From assembly GCA_026414185.1 (NCBI GenBank), contig JAOAJL010000001.1, forward strand, positions 82,987-146,986: a DNA stretch of 64,000 bases, read 5' to 3'. This stretch comes from Candidatus Micrarchaeota archaeon. GTDB taxonomy: Archaea; Micrarchaeota; Micrarchaeia; Anstonellales; Anstonellaceae. Numbering within the stretch: position 1 is the stretch's first letter; each line of letters opens with the position of its first letter. Below the pieces are notes generated by a model. The model ran no database searches. It saw nothing but the letters and a program-made list of their open reading frames with translations, and was not told the origin of the DNA. A program made the position numbers and the translations under genes. Shown here in pieces: positions 39,122 to 49,268 of this stretch.

Positions 39122-40351
39122 TTAAAACTCGTTCAACCTTCTTTGCGCAAGCACCCTGCTTCTTTTGAGGTATTCTGCCAAAGGCACTGCAAGCCTGCCT
39201 GCGAGGTAGGCAAGGGCTTCCGGAAGGGTGTCAAAGACCACAGGGCTTTTCATAAAGGCGTGCCGGACGTTTTCCCGGACCTCCCAAACGCCAACGGGCA
39301 CCGAATAGCCGCTGCCAATTTCACGAAAGACTATGCAGCGCGCCTGCCTTTTCATGCGCGCAAGAGCCTCGGCGACAGCAAGCCTTGCGGCGTAATAGCC
39401 GCCGCCCTGGCTTTCGGCAAAGTCAGCCCTGCCGAAAAAGCCCTCATATTCCTCTGAAATGGCAGCCTCGCCCTGCCAGCCGCCAAGCCCGGCTGAAGAG
39501 GAAGGAAATCCTGCCTGCCTTTTCTCATACAGCATCTCAATCCGCCTGCTCAAGGCGCACTCAAACTGCTCATACTCAAAGTTACCCGGCAGAAGAAGAA
39601 TCTCAAAGCGGTTGTCAAGGTATGTGTTGGAATACACAAGGACCTTTTCAATCTGCCTTTGTAGTCGGACGGTTTCCAAGTGCCGTTTCGCAACAACATC
39701 GTCCGCCGCCGTGATCGCCCATTTTGTCGGAACCATCTTCCTTGACTTTTTTTCCCCCAGTATGCCGCAGGCAAGAAGCTTGGAAAGATAATGGACATCA
39801 AAGCCGGCCTCCGCAAGCTCGCCAAGCGCCTCAGCGGCTTTAAGCCCCTCTTCGCAAACCGCATCAACCTTCCTTGGAACAGATGGGTTCTCTGCAAGCT
39901 CAAAGCGCACGATGGGGGCGCTTGCCCCGACTGGATGGACTACGCCGTCAAACTCAAAAGAGAACCTCGGCGGCTTAGAAAATCCAGCCTCAACATCAAC
40001 GGGCTTTATGCTCATCACAGCATCCTGCGCCTCAGAAAGCAGCCTGCTTTGCACCCTGACATTGTCCTTCCTCTTGCCCCTCACCAACCCAGACCTCTGC
40101 CTTATGATTTCCTCAAGCCCCATGCCGTACATCCGGCGCGGGTCGTCCTCCACAGGCTCGGCGGAAACAAGCGGTCCCCAAAAAACATCCGGGTAGAAGG
40201 CATGGCCAACAAAGACATTGGGCGGCGTGGGTCCAAACATTTCCTGCATAAGCTTGCCATTAAGCTGACGCCTTATTTCAAGCGCGGCGTTGTGGGGGCA
40301 AAAGACCCTTCCCTGCCGCCTGCAGCTTTCGCAAAGGGAAGCCATCAGCAT
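39122..40351 (-). CDS. nreA: Nre-family DNA repair protein
   Basis: N-terminal CxxC...CP, PPNVFVG, VPTKWAITAAD, GGYYAARL, PVGVWEVRE and PIP box QRRLNEF. Confidence 0.92.
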   Translation of the reverse strand: MLMASLCESCRRQGRVFCPHNAALEIRRQLNGKLMQEMFGPTPPNVFVGHAFYPDVFWGPLVSAEPVEDDPRRMYGMGLEEIIRQRSGLVRGKRKDNVRVQSRLLSEAQDAVMSIKPVDVEAGFSKPPRFSFEFDGVVHPVGASAPIVRFELAENPSVPRKVDAVCEEGLKAAEALGELAEAGFDVHYLSKLLACGILGEKKSRKMVPTKWAITAADDVVAKRHLETVRLQRQIEKVLVYSNTYLDNRFEILLLPGNFEYEQFECALSRRIEMLYEKRQAGFPSSSAGLGGWQGEAAISEEYEGFFGRADFAESQGGGYYAARLAVAEALARMKRQARCIVFREIGSGYSVPVGVWEVRENVRHAFMKSPVVFDTLPEALAYLAGRLAVPLAEYLKRSRVLAQRRLNEF

Positions 40352-40398
40352 GGCTTTGGCGCCTTTCTTTATAAAAAGTTGCAAGCCAAGCTTCCAGT

Positions 40399-41202
40399 AT
40401 GGCACTCAAAAAAGGAGGCGGCGCGCAATTGGCGCAAGCCGGGCTTCTGCTGGTGGGGCTTGGCATAGGGGACGAGAAGGGCATTTCGCTTGAAGCCCTT
40501 AGGGAGCTTAGGAAATGCAGCAGGGTTTTTGCGGAAGCATACACCAGCCTGCTTCCCGAGGGCACGCTTCCGCGGCTGGAGAGATTGATTGGGAAAAAAA
40601 TCGCGCTCCTGTCGCGCCAGGAGGTTGAGGGGGAGCAAGCCCTTCTGGAACATGCGGCATCTGAAAGAACAGCCCTAATCGTGCCAGGCGACCCCCTTGT
40701 CGCTACAACCCACATCTCCCTTCTCATTTCAGCAATGAAAAAAGGCATACCTGCCCGCATCCTCCACGCATCCTCAATAATATCAGCGGCAATAAGCGAG
40801 TCTGGCCTGCAGGCATACAAATTCGGAAAAACTGCGACGCTTGCTTACTGGAGGGATAATTACAAGCCTATGGCAGCATATGAGGCGGCTGCCGAGAATC
40901 ACAAGCGGGGACTGCACACCCTGCTTCTTCTTGACATAGACGAAAAGCTCGGTCCCATGAAGCCGTCCGTCGCCGCAGGAATCCTCCTGAAGATGGAGAA
41001 GAAGGCAAAAAAAGGGATTTTTATGCCGACCACTAAGCTGGTGTGTCTATTTTCAGTTGGGAGAAGTCGCTTCCGACGGCTCTACCTTTCCCTCTCCGAG
41101 CTGCTGGCAGGGGTTCCGCACGAGAAGGATTCTTTGCCAGCGACGTTGGTTTTGCCTGGGAAGATGCACTTTCTTGAGTCGGAATTTCTGGAGCTTCTAT
41201 GA
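40399..41202 (+). CDS. dph5: Diphthine synthase
   Basis: VGLGI, EAYTS, GDPLVATTH, GLQAYKFG, HTLLLLD. Confidence 0.93.
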   Translation: MALKKGGGAQLAQAGLLLVGLGIGDEKGISLEALRELRKCSRVFAEAYTSLLPEGTLPRLERLIGKKIALLSRQEVEGEQALLEHAASERTALIVPGDPLVATTHISLLISAMKKGIPARILHASSIISAAISESGLQAYKFGKTATLAYWRDNYKPMAAYEAAAENHKRGLHTLLLLDIDEKLGPMKPSVAAGILLKMEKKAKKGIFMPTTKLVCLFSVGRSRFRRLYLSLSELLAGVPHEKDSLPATLVLPGKMHFLESEFLELL

Positions 41203-42475
41203 TGCACTTGGTTCCGCCCACACCTACCCAGTCTTTCGCGTCAAAGCCCGGCGCAATCTCCGCCCTTATTGCCTCGTCGTAAAGGCGGCTTATCTTGGGC
41301 AGTGCCGAGATTATTTTCTTCGGGGGGCAGGGAACCCCGATTATGGTGCGCCTTGGCGCAAGGGCGCGCTCCACAAGGCTCTGCCTCTCAAAAAGCTCGC
41401 TTTCGGGCACGCCGCTTCCTTTTGAAACCGCATAAAATGCCGCCTCCTTGCTTATCGCCGGCATCTCAATCTCGCCAAATCCCTGCGAGGTGCAAAAATA
41501 GGTAACGACAAGGCTAAGCGAATAGGGGACCTGGTCTATGAGCCGCTCGCTGTAATCCCTCTTGCCCGCAATCACATACCTTGCAAGAAAACCCTCAAGG
41601 GCGCGCCGGCTTTCCATCTCAACAAGGGGTGCGAATGTGCCGGTTCCGCACGCCTTAATCGCATGCCTGCCAAGCGACGCCAGATAAGCGTCTATCTTCC
41701 GAATTACCCTCGTTATCGCCGCAAGCTTTGCCTCTGCCTTGAGTTTCCTTTCCTGCGGCCCTTCAAGGAAGTTGAAGAGGGCGTCATAAAACTTGCAGAT
41801 TATCGCAGGCAGGCTCTGCGCAGCCACCTTTTTCGCATACTCAAACCAATCCTTCTTCCTCATGTTGCTGAGAAGCTCAAGCTCCGACTTTGCCCGAGCC
41901 CCATAATAATTCTCAAAATAGGCAAGCATCTTCGCGTAATCATGCGTATCCACAATGCGCGCGTCTGGCCAGGCTGAACCACGAAAAGAAATTTTCGGCA
42001 GGTTGGGGTCTTTCGCATCTTCCGCCAAGTCGTGCAGGTAGCCCACTGCGACAAGGCTTGGGGGGAAGCCGGCGCTTGCGATTCCAGATGCCACCTTCGC
42101 AGGGTGAGTTTCGGCGCCGTTGCCGCTTTCGCGAAGGGTCCTGCGAATGCCGTAGCTTTCAAGCAGGGTAAGCATGGAGCGGAAAAGAAGCTGTTGTTGG
42201 GCAGAGAGGGCGCTTGGCGGCAGGCTTTCTCTTTCAAGAGTCAGTTTCCCACCGGTTAATCTCGCACCAAACCCATATTGCTGGCAGACATACGCCAAGT
42301 GCGCGCCAAGCTCGCAGTGGTCAAATTCACGCAGGTATCTCTCGCAGAGAGGCGCAGGCAGTTGCGCCTCTATCTTTCCCCTGCGGTATTCAAGGGGAGA
42401 AAGCCAGAATTCCTTCGCTGCCTTCTGCATGGAAGAAATCCGCCCGCTTGCCCCTGCTGACAGGCGCTTTTGCAT
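41033..42475 (-). CDS. RelA/SpoT-type HD-domain protein with unique extensions
   Basis: RESG...THPAKVA, YLHDLAED, KFYDALFN. GGAGG SD precedes ATG 42475. Confidence 0.65.
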   Translation of the reverse strand: MQKRLSAGASGRISSMQKAAKEFWLSPLEYRRGKIEAQLPAPLCERYLREFDHCELGAHLAYVCQQYGFGARLTGGKLTLERESLPPSALSAQQQLLFRSMLTLLESYGIRRTLRESGNGAETHPAKVASGIASAGFPPSLVAVGYLHDLAEDAKDPNLPKISFRGSAWPDARIVDTHDYAKMLAYFENYYGARAKSELELLSNMRKKDWFEYAKKVAAQSLPAIICKFYDALFNFLEGPQERKLKAEAKLAAITRVIRKIDAYLASLGRHAIKACGTGTFAPLVEMESRRALEGFLARYVIAGKRDYSERLIDQVPYSLSLVVTYFCTSQGFGEIEMPAISKEAAFYAVSKGSGVPESELFERQSLVERALAPRRTIIGVPCPPKKIISALPKISRLYDEAIRAEIAPGFDAKDWVGVGGTKCIIEAPEIPTQESASSQAKPTSLAKNPSRAEPLPAARRGKGRAVGSDFSQLKIDTPA

Positions 42476-42555
42476 ACAATCAACGCCGCCTCCCACGGCG
42501 GCATGAAGGGGCAAAACACACGCATTAGGGGGTTAATAATCCTTCCTACAAAACG

Positions 42556-43554
42556 CTATCTTGGGCAGGCTCCCCTTGCGGAAAGCACCACAACCCTGCT
42601 TTCAAAAGAAGTTTCCTTTTTTATCGCATGCGAAATGCGGCGGGCATCCTTTTTTTCCACAAGGGCAAGCACCGCTCCGCCCTCCCCGCCAGCGCCAGTC
42701 AGCTTTGCCCCAAGCGCCCCTGCGGAGAGGGCGCAGCAGACTGCCTCCTCAATCCCCCTTGAGCTTACTTTCCTCTTTTTGAGAAGCTCGTGGTTTTTGT
42801 TCATAAGCATCCCAAGAAGCCGCGCATCCCCTGTGCCAAGATACTGGCGCACTCCTTGCCAGATGCCCTCAAATTCATCAACCACGCTTTTCCTCTTTTC
42901 CGGCGGGGCGTTTTTTGGAAGGCAGGCTATGCCGAAGCTTTCCGAGAACCGCTCCACCATCTTGGCAGTTTCGCTTTTTTGCCCTCGGAAAGTGTCTATC
43001 AAGAGGAGCACGGTCCCACGCGGAAGGGCGAATTTTGCCATTTCGTATGCAAAAGAGGGCGGGCTGAAGCTCTTTCGGAAAAAAACAGCGCCGCCCAGGG
43101 AAACCACCGTTGCGTCCATCCCCGACGCCCTGCCGCCGTGCGCAACATTGTCGCCTGCCAAGACAGCGTCAAGAAATTCGCTTTTGCTTCTTTTCTTCCG
43201 CGCCAGCCTCAAAAGCCCGGCGGCAAAGGCGGCGCAAAGCGAAGCCGAGGTTCCCGCCCCCTTAGTTTTCCAGGCAGGGCGAAACTCGGCAAGGCAGGGC
43301 GGAAAATCGCCATGCGGAAACAGGGCGGATGCGACAGCAGCATAGGGCATGAGTTTCTCGCAGCCATCATAGCCCTCAGGGCTTATTTTTCCCCTGCCAA
43401 GCGAAGAGCGGAGCACGATTGCGCCACCATTTGTTTCGGAAAAAAGAACCCGGTTTCTTGGTTCTATCGCCAGCGCCAAGGCGGGCGCGCCATAAACCGC
43501 ATAATGCTCCCCGAAAAGGATTGCCTTTGAAGGCGCAGAGGCGCACACCCTCAT
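42556..43554 (-). CDS. mvk: Mevalonate kinase (GHMP family)
   Basis: APSKAILFGEHYAVYG, GAGTSAS, HGGRASGMD, KLTGAGGEGG. Confidence 0.88.
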   Translation of the reverse strand: MRVCASAPSKAILFGEHYAVYGAPALALAIEPRNRVLFSETNGGAIVLRSSLGRGKISPEGYDGCEKLMPYAAVASALFPHGDFPPCLAEFRPAWKTKGAGTSASLCAAFAAGLLRLARKKRSKSEFLDAVLAGDNVAHGGRASGMDATVVSLGGAVFFRKSFSPPSFAYEMAKFALPRGTVLLLIDTFRGQKSETAKMVERFSESFGIACLPKNAPPEKRKSVVDEFEGIWQGVRQYLGTGDARLLGMLMNKNHELLKKRKVSSRGIEEAVCCALSAGALGAKLTGAGGEGGAVLALVEKKDARRISHAIKKETSFESRVVVLSARGACPR

Positions 43555-43606
43555 AAGCAGATGATGATGGCGCAGGTATATATTGTTTGATGCCCTTTGC
43601 TTGAAT

Positions 43607-43780
43607 ATGGACTTTGTGACCGCCGTCATCGCAACATCCTGCCTGGCGCTCGCCGCCCTCGTCTATCTGATGTGGCGCGCCGCGACGCAGGAGGACTGGC
43701 AGGGTGTTTCATACCAGGAGAAGAAGAGGTGGCGGATTGAAGAGGAGCGGCGCAAGGAAAGAAGCGGGCAGGGCGCCTGA
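43607..43780 (+). CDS. Small single-pass membrane protein
   Basis: N-terminal TM helix with a charged tail. Confidence 0.55.
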   Translation: MDFVTAVIATSCLALAALVYLMWRAATQEDWQGVSYQEKKRWRIEEERRKERSGQGA

Positions 43781-43792
43781 TGCTTCAGCGAG

Positions 43793-44575
43793 GTGTTTTG
43801 GGTGAAAAAAGCAGGGCAAAATCCAGAAGGAAAGCCAAAGCCGCAGGGTCAAGCAGCCAAAAAACCGCTGCTTTCCAGCGCATCGGATTTTCTCAAAAAG
43901 GCATACGAGAGCATGCCTCTTGTCCCCTTTCTTGACAGGCAGACCTCCGCCCTGCTTTACCTTTGCATAGCCTTATACCTTTTCTTCATCGCAGCCGTCT
44001 TTTTCCTTGCCCCGCAGTTCCAGATAACCACTGATGTCCATGAGCAGCCGCTTCAAAAAAACTCGCAGTTGCGGATAAAGCCCGGCGAAAGCTACACCTA
44101 CCTTCTTTCTGACGGCAGGGAAAAGAAGCTGACAACCTATCTTGCGCGCTCTTCGCCAAGCTGCAACGGCGTGCTGCTGTATGAGGCGGAAAGCGGGGAC
44201 CAGCTTTGCCTTCTTGAGAACGGCTTTGAGCAGGGCTCTCCAAGGCAAAGCAACAGCGGCTATGGGAACCACTCCCCCCTCATTTTTTCCCCCTGGATGC
44301 TTGCTGTTTCGGAAAATTTCAGCTGGAAGGTGGAATCTGAGGCGAGGGTGGGGGACATAAAAACCATCTTTCCGCTCACCTTCCGCTCGGAGGGAAAAAA
44401 AGAGGTGGCTGGCAGGCAGGCTTTTTCAGTAGGGCTATACCTGACAGATGCATCAGCCGAGCCGATGCGCCTTTACATAGACGAGGAAAAACGAGTCCTT
44501 CTGCTACTTGGCTCTGGCAATTTCACCGCAAGGCTGGTTTCCGCCCCCTTTGCCCTCAACTGGTCAAAAGGCTAG
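43793..44575 (+). CDS. Single-pass membrane hypothetical protein
   Basis: TM helix followed by a beta-rich outer domain. GAGGTG at the start. Confidence 0.7.
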   Translation: MFWVKKAGQNPEGKPKPQGQAAKKPLLSSASDFLKKAYESMPLVPFLDRQTSALLYLCIALYLFFIAAVFFLAPQFQITTDVHEQPLQKNSQLRIKPGESYTYLLSDGREKKLTTYLARSSPSCNGVLLYEAESGDQLCLLENGFEQGSPRQSNSGYGNHSPLIFSPWMLAVSENFSWKVESEARVGDIKTIFPLTFRSEGKKEVAGRQAFSVGLYLTDASAEPMRLYIDEEKRVLLLLGSGNFTARLVSAPFALNWSKG

Positions 44576-46182
44576 CCCTTTTTGGAAAATTCGGCGCATG
44601 CCTTGAGAAAAGCGACAAAAAGGGGCGCGGGGCGCTCAAGCCTTGACTTGAGCTCAGGATGCGCCTGAGTGCCAACCCCCCAGCCATCAGGCCATTCTAC
44701 CATTTCAACTATGCTTCCGTCAGGGGAGGTTCCTGAAACCACCAAGCCCGACCGCTCCAGTCTTTCGCGATAATCGTTGTTCACCTCATATCTGTGGCGG
44801 TGGCGCTCAGAAATCTCCTCCTTCCCGTATGCTTCATAAGCCCGCGTCCCTCTTTTGAGCCTGCAAGGCCAGGCGCCAAGCCTCTGGTTGCCCCCCTTTT
44901 CCCTCACCTCCCTCTGCTCAGGCAGGAAATCAATCACAGGGTAAGGCGTTTTCTCATCCACTTCCGTGGTGTTGGCTTTTTCCATGCCAGCCTTGTTGCG
45001 CGCCCATTCAATGACCGCCATCTGCAAGCCGTAGCAGAGCCCCAAAAACGGCATTCCGTTCTCCCGCGCGTATTTTACACAGGCTATCTTCCCCTCAACG
45101 CCTCTGCTTCCATACCCCCCAGGCACTATTATGCCGTCGCATCCGGAAAGCAGCTCTCTTACAGAGGCTTTGCCATCCTCAATCTCCGAAGTTTCAACCC
45201 ACTTTATGTTTGCCCTCGTTGCAGTGGCTGCACCAGCATGCACAAGGGCTTCCTTTATGGAAACATAGGCGTCCTTAACCGCGGTGTATTTGCCCGTGAT
45301 TGCTACGCTGACTTCTCTCTTGGGGCTCTTTATCCTCTCCACAAGAGCGCGCCATTCCTTCATATCCTCGTCTTTCTCTTCAATCCCAAGCTCGGAAAGA
45401 AGAAGCTCGGTCATTTTCTGCCTTTCCAGTATCAGAGGAAGCTCGTAGATGGTCGCAACATCCGGGTCATCAAAGACGTTGGAGGGCGGGACGTTGCAGA
45501 ACATTGATATTTTTTCCCTCGCCTCGCGCGAAAGCGGTTCGTCCTGCCTGCAGATGATTATTTTCGGGAGAATGCCCATGGACTGGATGAGCTTGTTTGC
45601 GTGTTGCGTCGGTTTTGTCTTCGGCTCGCCCTCCGACATAGAGGGGACCCAGGTGAGCTGGACAAAAAGCACCCTCTCCTCTGCCGCAAGCTGCCGCATA
45701 GCCTCCAGAAAATAGCCATTCTCCAAATCGCCCACAGTGCCGCCGACCTCAACAATCACGACGTCCGCATCCTGCTCCTGCCCGGTTCTCCTCACCCAGC
45801 CTTTAATCTCATCGGTCAGGTGCGGAACAATCTGAACGTCGCGCCCCAGAAAGCCGCCTCGCCTTTCCTTCTCAATTATGTTGCGGAAAAGCTTCCCGCC
45901 GGTTATGCTGTTTGCGGAGGAAAGGTCCGCATTCAAAAAGCGCTCGTAGGTTCCAAAATCCATGTCGCACTCCGTCCCGTCATCCAGAACAAAAACCTCG
46001 CCGTGCCTGAAAGGGTTCATCGTGCCGCAATCCACATTGAGGTAGCCGTCAAACTTTATCGGGGAAACCTTCAGCCCGCGGCTTTGCAGAAGCTTACCTA
46101 TGGAAGCAGTAACTATTCCCTTGCCCAACCCGGACATCAGGGAACCTAATACGACGATATATTTCCTCTGCTTAAGCCGCAT
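44572..46182 (-). CDS. pyrG: CTP synthase
   Basis: SGLGKG, HGEVFV, KTKPTQH, GLCYG, ERHRHRYE, QAHPE. Confidence 0.97.
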   Translation of the reverse strand: MRLKQRKYIVVLGSLMSGLGKGIVTASIGKLLQSRGLKVSPIKFDGYLNVDCGTMNPFRHGEVFVLDDGTECDMDFGTYERFLNADLSSANSITGGKLFRNIIEKERRGGFLGRDVQIVPHLTDEIKGWVRRTGQEQDADVVIVEVGGTVGDLENGYFLEAMRQLAAEERVLFVQLTWVPSMSEGEPKTKPTQHANKLIQSMGILPKIIICRQDEPLSREAREKISMFCNVPPSNVFDDPDVATIYELPLILERQKMTELLLSELGIEEKDEDMKEWRALVERIKSPKREVSVAITGKYTAVKDAYVSIKEALVHAGAATATRANIKWVETSEIEDGKASVRELLSGCDGIIVPGGYGSRGVEGKIACVKYARENGMPFLGLCYGLQMAVIEWARNKAGMEKANTTEVDEKTPYPVIDFLPEQREVREKGGNQRLGAWPCRLKRGTRAYEAYGKEEISERHRHRYEVNNDYRERLERSGLVVSGTSPDGSIVEMVEWPDGWGVGTQAHPELKSRLERPAPLFVAFLKACAEFSKKG

Positions 46183-46381
46183 ACGGAATTCCACTTCTGC
46201 GATAACATATATATAGATGATATTTTCCGAGAAAGACGCGAAAGAAAGGCGCAACCTTTTTTGCAAACCCCAAACCGACCTAATGGTTATTATTCTCTTG
46301 CTTTTCTAACGCCATCCGGACACAAAACAAAACGGCTGGTTTTGCGCACAGCCAACCTGCCTGGCAGAGGGGAAGATAGGA

Positions 46382-47698
46382 ATGGAGTTTTCAAGGATGG
46401 GGCTTGACCCGGCAATTCTGCGGGCGCTTGACGAGATGGGGTTTGTGAAGCCCACCCCAATCCAGGAGCAGAGCCTGCCGCTTCTTTTGCAGGGGGAAGA
46501 CCTGATTGGGCAGGCTCAGACCGGAACAGGCAAAACTGCCGCCTTTGCGATATGCATTCTGGAGAGGCTTTTTGCAGCAGACAGGGGCAAATTCGTTGAG
46601 CCAAACCGCCCGCACGCAATCGTGCTTTGCCCAACACGCGAGCTTGCCGTCCAGGTGGCAGGGGAGATAGAGAGGATAGGAAAATACACAGGCGCGCGCG
46701 TGGTTGCAATCTATGGCGGGCAGGAGATTGAAAGGCAGCTTGCGCCGCTCTCAAAAGGAGCGGACATAATAGTGGGCACTCCGGGCAGGGTGCTTGACCA
46801 CATGGAGCGCGGCACGCTGTATCTTGACAAAGTGGAGGTGGCTGTGCTTGACGAGGCAGACAAGATGCTTGACATGGGTTTTCGCGAAGACATAGAGAGA
46901 ATACTCCAGAAAACGCCTCCAAGCAGGCAGACTCTCCTTTTTTCCGCGACACTTCCGCCGGAAATTGTTGAGCTTGGGAAAAAATACATGAACCTGCCGC
47001 AGGAGATAAGGGCAAGCGGGGATGAGATTGCCGCAGGGAACATCAGGCAGTTTTATGTGGAAACAAGCAAGTTTGACAAGCTCAATGCCCTCCTGACCCT
47101 CCTTGTCCAAAAAAAACCGCGCCTTGCCCTAATTTTCTGCAGGACAAAAAGGGGCGCCGACAGGCTCAACCAGATACTTCTTGACAGGGGCTTCAAATCG
47201 CTGGCGCTTCACGGCGACATGAGCCAGAATAGGCGCGACAGGTCCATGGAGGCTTTCCGCAAGTCGCACATAAACATCCTCGTTGCGACAGACCTTGCAA
47301 GCCGCGGGCTTGATGTGACCAACATCTCACACGTCATAAACTACGACATGACCGAAGACCCCTACACATACACGCACAGGATTGGCAGGACAGGCAGGAT
47401 GGGCAAGGACGGAGAGGCAATCTCGCTTGTTTACTTTGACCAGGCGCACCTGATAACCATGATAGAAAAAGTGACGGGCAGAAAGATTGAGCCGCTGAAA
47501 GTTGAAATAAGCCCGCAGCAGCTTCCAAAGAGGGTGCGCTTTGAAAAAGACAAAAGCCGCCGCCACGCCCATGGCGGAAAGGCAGGCGGGCAGAGGCGGG
47601 CGGCAAGAGCTTCCCACGCCAGCAGGGGCGGAAGTCACCACTCTCAGCCGCGGGAATACCGCTCTTCACGGGGCCACCAGTATTTCGGCAGAAGGTAG
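46382..47698 (+). CDS. deaD: DEAD-box RNA helicase
   Basis: Q motif, AQTGTGKT, PTRELA, DEAD, SAT, HRIGRTGR. Confidence 0.95.
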   Translation: MEFSRMGLDPAILRALDEMGFVKPTPIQEQSLPLLLQGEDLIGQAQTGTGKTAAFAICILERLFAADRGKFVEPNRPHAIVLCPTRELAVQVAGEIERIGKYTGARVVAIYGGQEIERQLAPLSKGADIIVGTPGRVLDHMERGTLYLDKVEVAVLDEADKMLDMGFREDIERILQKTPPSRQTLLFSATLPPEIVELGKKYMNLPQEIRASGDEIAAGNIRQFYVETSKFDKLNALLTLLVQKKPRLALIFCRTKRGADRLNQILLDRGFKSLALHGDMSQNRRDRSMEAFRKSHINILVATDLASRGLDVTNISHVINYDMTEDPYTYTHRIGRTGRMGKDGEAISLVYFDQAHLITMIEKVTGRKIEPLKVEISPQQLPKRVRFEKDKSRRHAHGGKAGGQRRAARASHASRGGSHHSQPREYRSSRGHQYFGRR

Positions 47699-47753
47699 CA
47701 GCCCAGCATGCTTTTTATTTGTGCGCCGCGCTTTGCTTTCGGAGGTGGGTTCA

Positions 47754-48050
47754 ATGGGCTTTGTGGACGAATTTATGGCCTTTCTGAACAAGCACAAAGT
47801 TGTCGGGCTGGCGGTGGCGTTCATAATGGGCGCCGCAGCAACAAAGCTTGTTTCCGCAATAGTGAATGATCTTATCATGCCAGTCATAAGCGTGCTCATC
47901 CCGGGCGGGGACTGGCGCGCCGCGACCTTGGATGTCGGACCAGTGAAGTTTCTCATCGGGGACTTCGCCGGGGCGCTGATAGACTTCCTGATAGTCGCGC
48001 TCGTCATCTTCCTCCTTGTCAAGTACGCAGTGAAAGATGAAACAAAGTGA
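47754..48050 (+). CDS. mscL: Large-conductance mechanosensitive channel
   Basis: EFMAFL, VVGLAVAFIMG, LVNDLIMP-like motif, IGDFAGALIDF. Confidence 0.9.
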   Translation: MGFVDEFMAFLNKHKVVGLAVAFIMGAAATKLVSAIVNDLIMPVISVLIPGGDWRAATLDVGPVKFLIGDFAGALIDFLIVALVIFLLVKYAVKDETK

Positions 48051-48060
48051 AGCTGGGAAG

Positions 48061-49119
48061 ATGAGAAGAAACTCCGCCGTTTTTCTTGCATGCCTCATCG
48101 CGCTGTCATGCACCCTGTTTTCCGAGGAGCCCCCGCCGTTTCCTTCCAGCGAAGGCGTGATTTTCGGGACAGCGGTCCTCTCCTCAGGGGCACCTGCTTC
48201 AAAAATGCCGATAATAGTGCTTGCCCGCACAGGCACAACGGAGTCGGTGCACAGGCTCATCACGGACAATTCAGGCAGGTTCGTCCTGTCGCTTGAAAGC
48301 GGCAGGCACGAGCTTGATGCGGTGCTTCTTGGGCAGTCAAGCGCCGTTGCATATGCGGCAACGGCGGAGGCGGACAGCCGGAAGGAGACAAACGCAACCT
48401 TGGTTTTCTACCCGGCAGGAAGCGCAAGCGGAGTGGTGGCGTTTGAGGGAATGCCCGTGCCTGGCGCAAAGGTGAAGGTCGCCTGCCTCTCCTCAGGATT
48501 TGACTATGAAAGGGCAAACGGCGGATCTTCGGCTTTGGCAGGCGAGGCAGGCGAGTTCGCCTTCAAGGTTCTTCCAGAGGGAACCTGTCAGTTTTCGGCA
48601 TCCACAGATTCCCTTGCGGGCAATGCGGAAGCGCAAATAAGGCGGGAAAAGACAACATCCGTTTACCTGGAAATGCGCAAGAAAGCTGGGCAGGACTTCC
48701 TACCCTATCTTGTCGCAGTGCTGGCGGCGGTTGTGCTTGGCGCCATTGTGCTGAAATCAGGCGGAAAAAAAGAGGAACCGCGGAGCAGCGGCTTGCTGCC
48801 TGAACGCAAGCCCCGACAGGAGCACGCCGCGCGCTTTTCCGCCTCCCTTCCTGCGCCAGAGGGCAGGTCGCCAGACCCGCTTTCAAACCAGAAAGTCAAA
48901 GCAGTGCTTGCCACCCTCTCGGAACGCGAGCAGCAGATAGTGAAGTTTCTCTTCAAGTCAGGCGGCAGGGCTAAGCGCTCGCAGATTCAGCACAAGCTGC
49001 TAATCCCAAAGACATCCCTCCTGCGCAACCTGCGTCTGCTGGAGCGCAAGAGGATAGTGAAGCTGACGCCTTTCGGAAGGAACCTCCTTGCTGAAATTGA
49101 GGACTGGCTGCAGAAATAG
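48061..49119 (+). CDS. Membrane-spanning one-component regulator (extracellular beta-sandwiches, TM, cytoplasmic wHTH)
   Basis: Signal peptide, two carboxypeptidase-regulatory-like repeats, TM, then LSEREQQIV...PKTSLLRNLRLLERKRIV. Confidence 0.8.
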   Translation: MRRNSAVFLACLIALSCTLFSEEPPPFPSSEGVIFGTAVLSSGAPASKMPIIVLARTGTTESVHRLITDNSGRFVLSLESGRHELDAVLLGQSSAVAYAATAEADSRKETNATLVFYPAGSASGVVAFEGMPVPGAKVKVACLSSGFDYERANGGSSALAGEAGEFAFKVLPEGTCQFSASTDSLAGNAEAQIRREKTTSVYLEMRKKAGQDFLPYLVAVLAAVVLGAIVLKSGGKKEEPRSSGLLPERKPRQEHAARFSASLPAPEGRSPDPLSNQKVKAVLATLSEREQQIVKFLFKSGGRAKRSQIQHKLLIPKTSLLRNLRLLERKRIVKLTPFGRNLLAEIEDWLQK

Positions 49120-49147
49120 CCAGCCTGCGCTTCTGCGCTTCGGACCG

Positions 49148-49162
49148 CGAAAAGCTTATATA
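49148..49162 (+). promoter_or_regulatory. BRE-TATA promoter candidate upstream of the Cys-repeat surface gene
   Basis: CGAAAAG followed by CTTATATA. Confidence 0.55.
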
Positions 49163-49268
49163 CGGGTTCCGCCTTCGCCCCGCGGATTCTTTTTAAGCAA
49201 AGCCTCTGCTTGGCATCGCAGACGAAAGCCCAAAGCGGCTTTCAGCAAAAACAAAAAGGTGATTTCGT

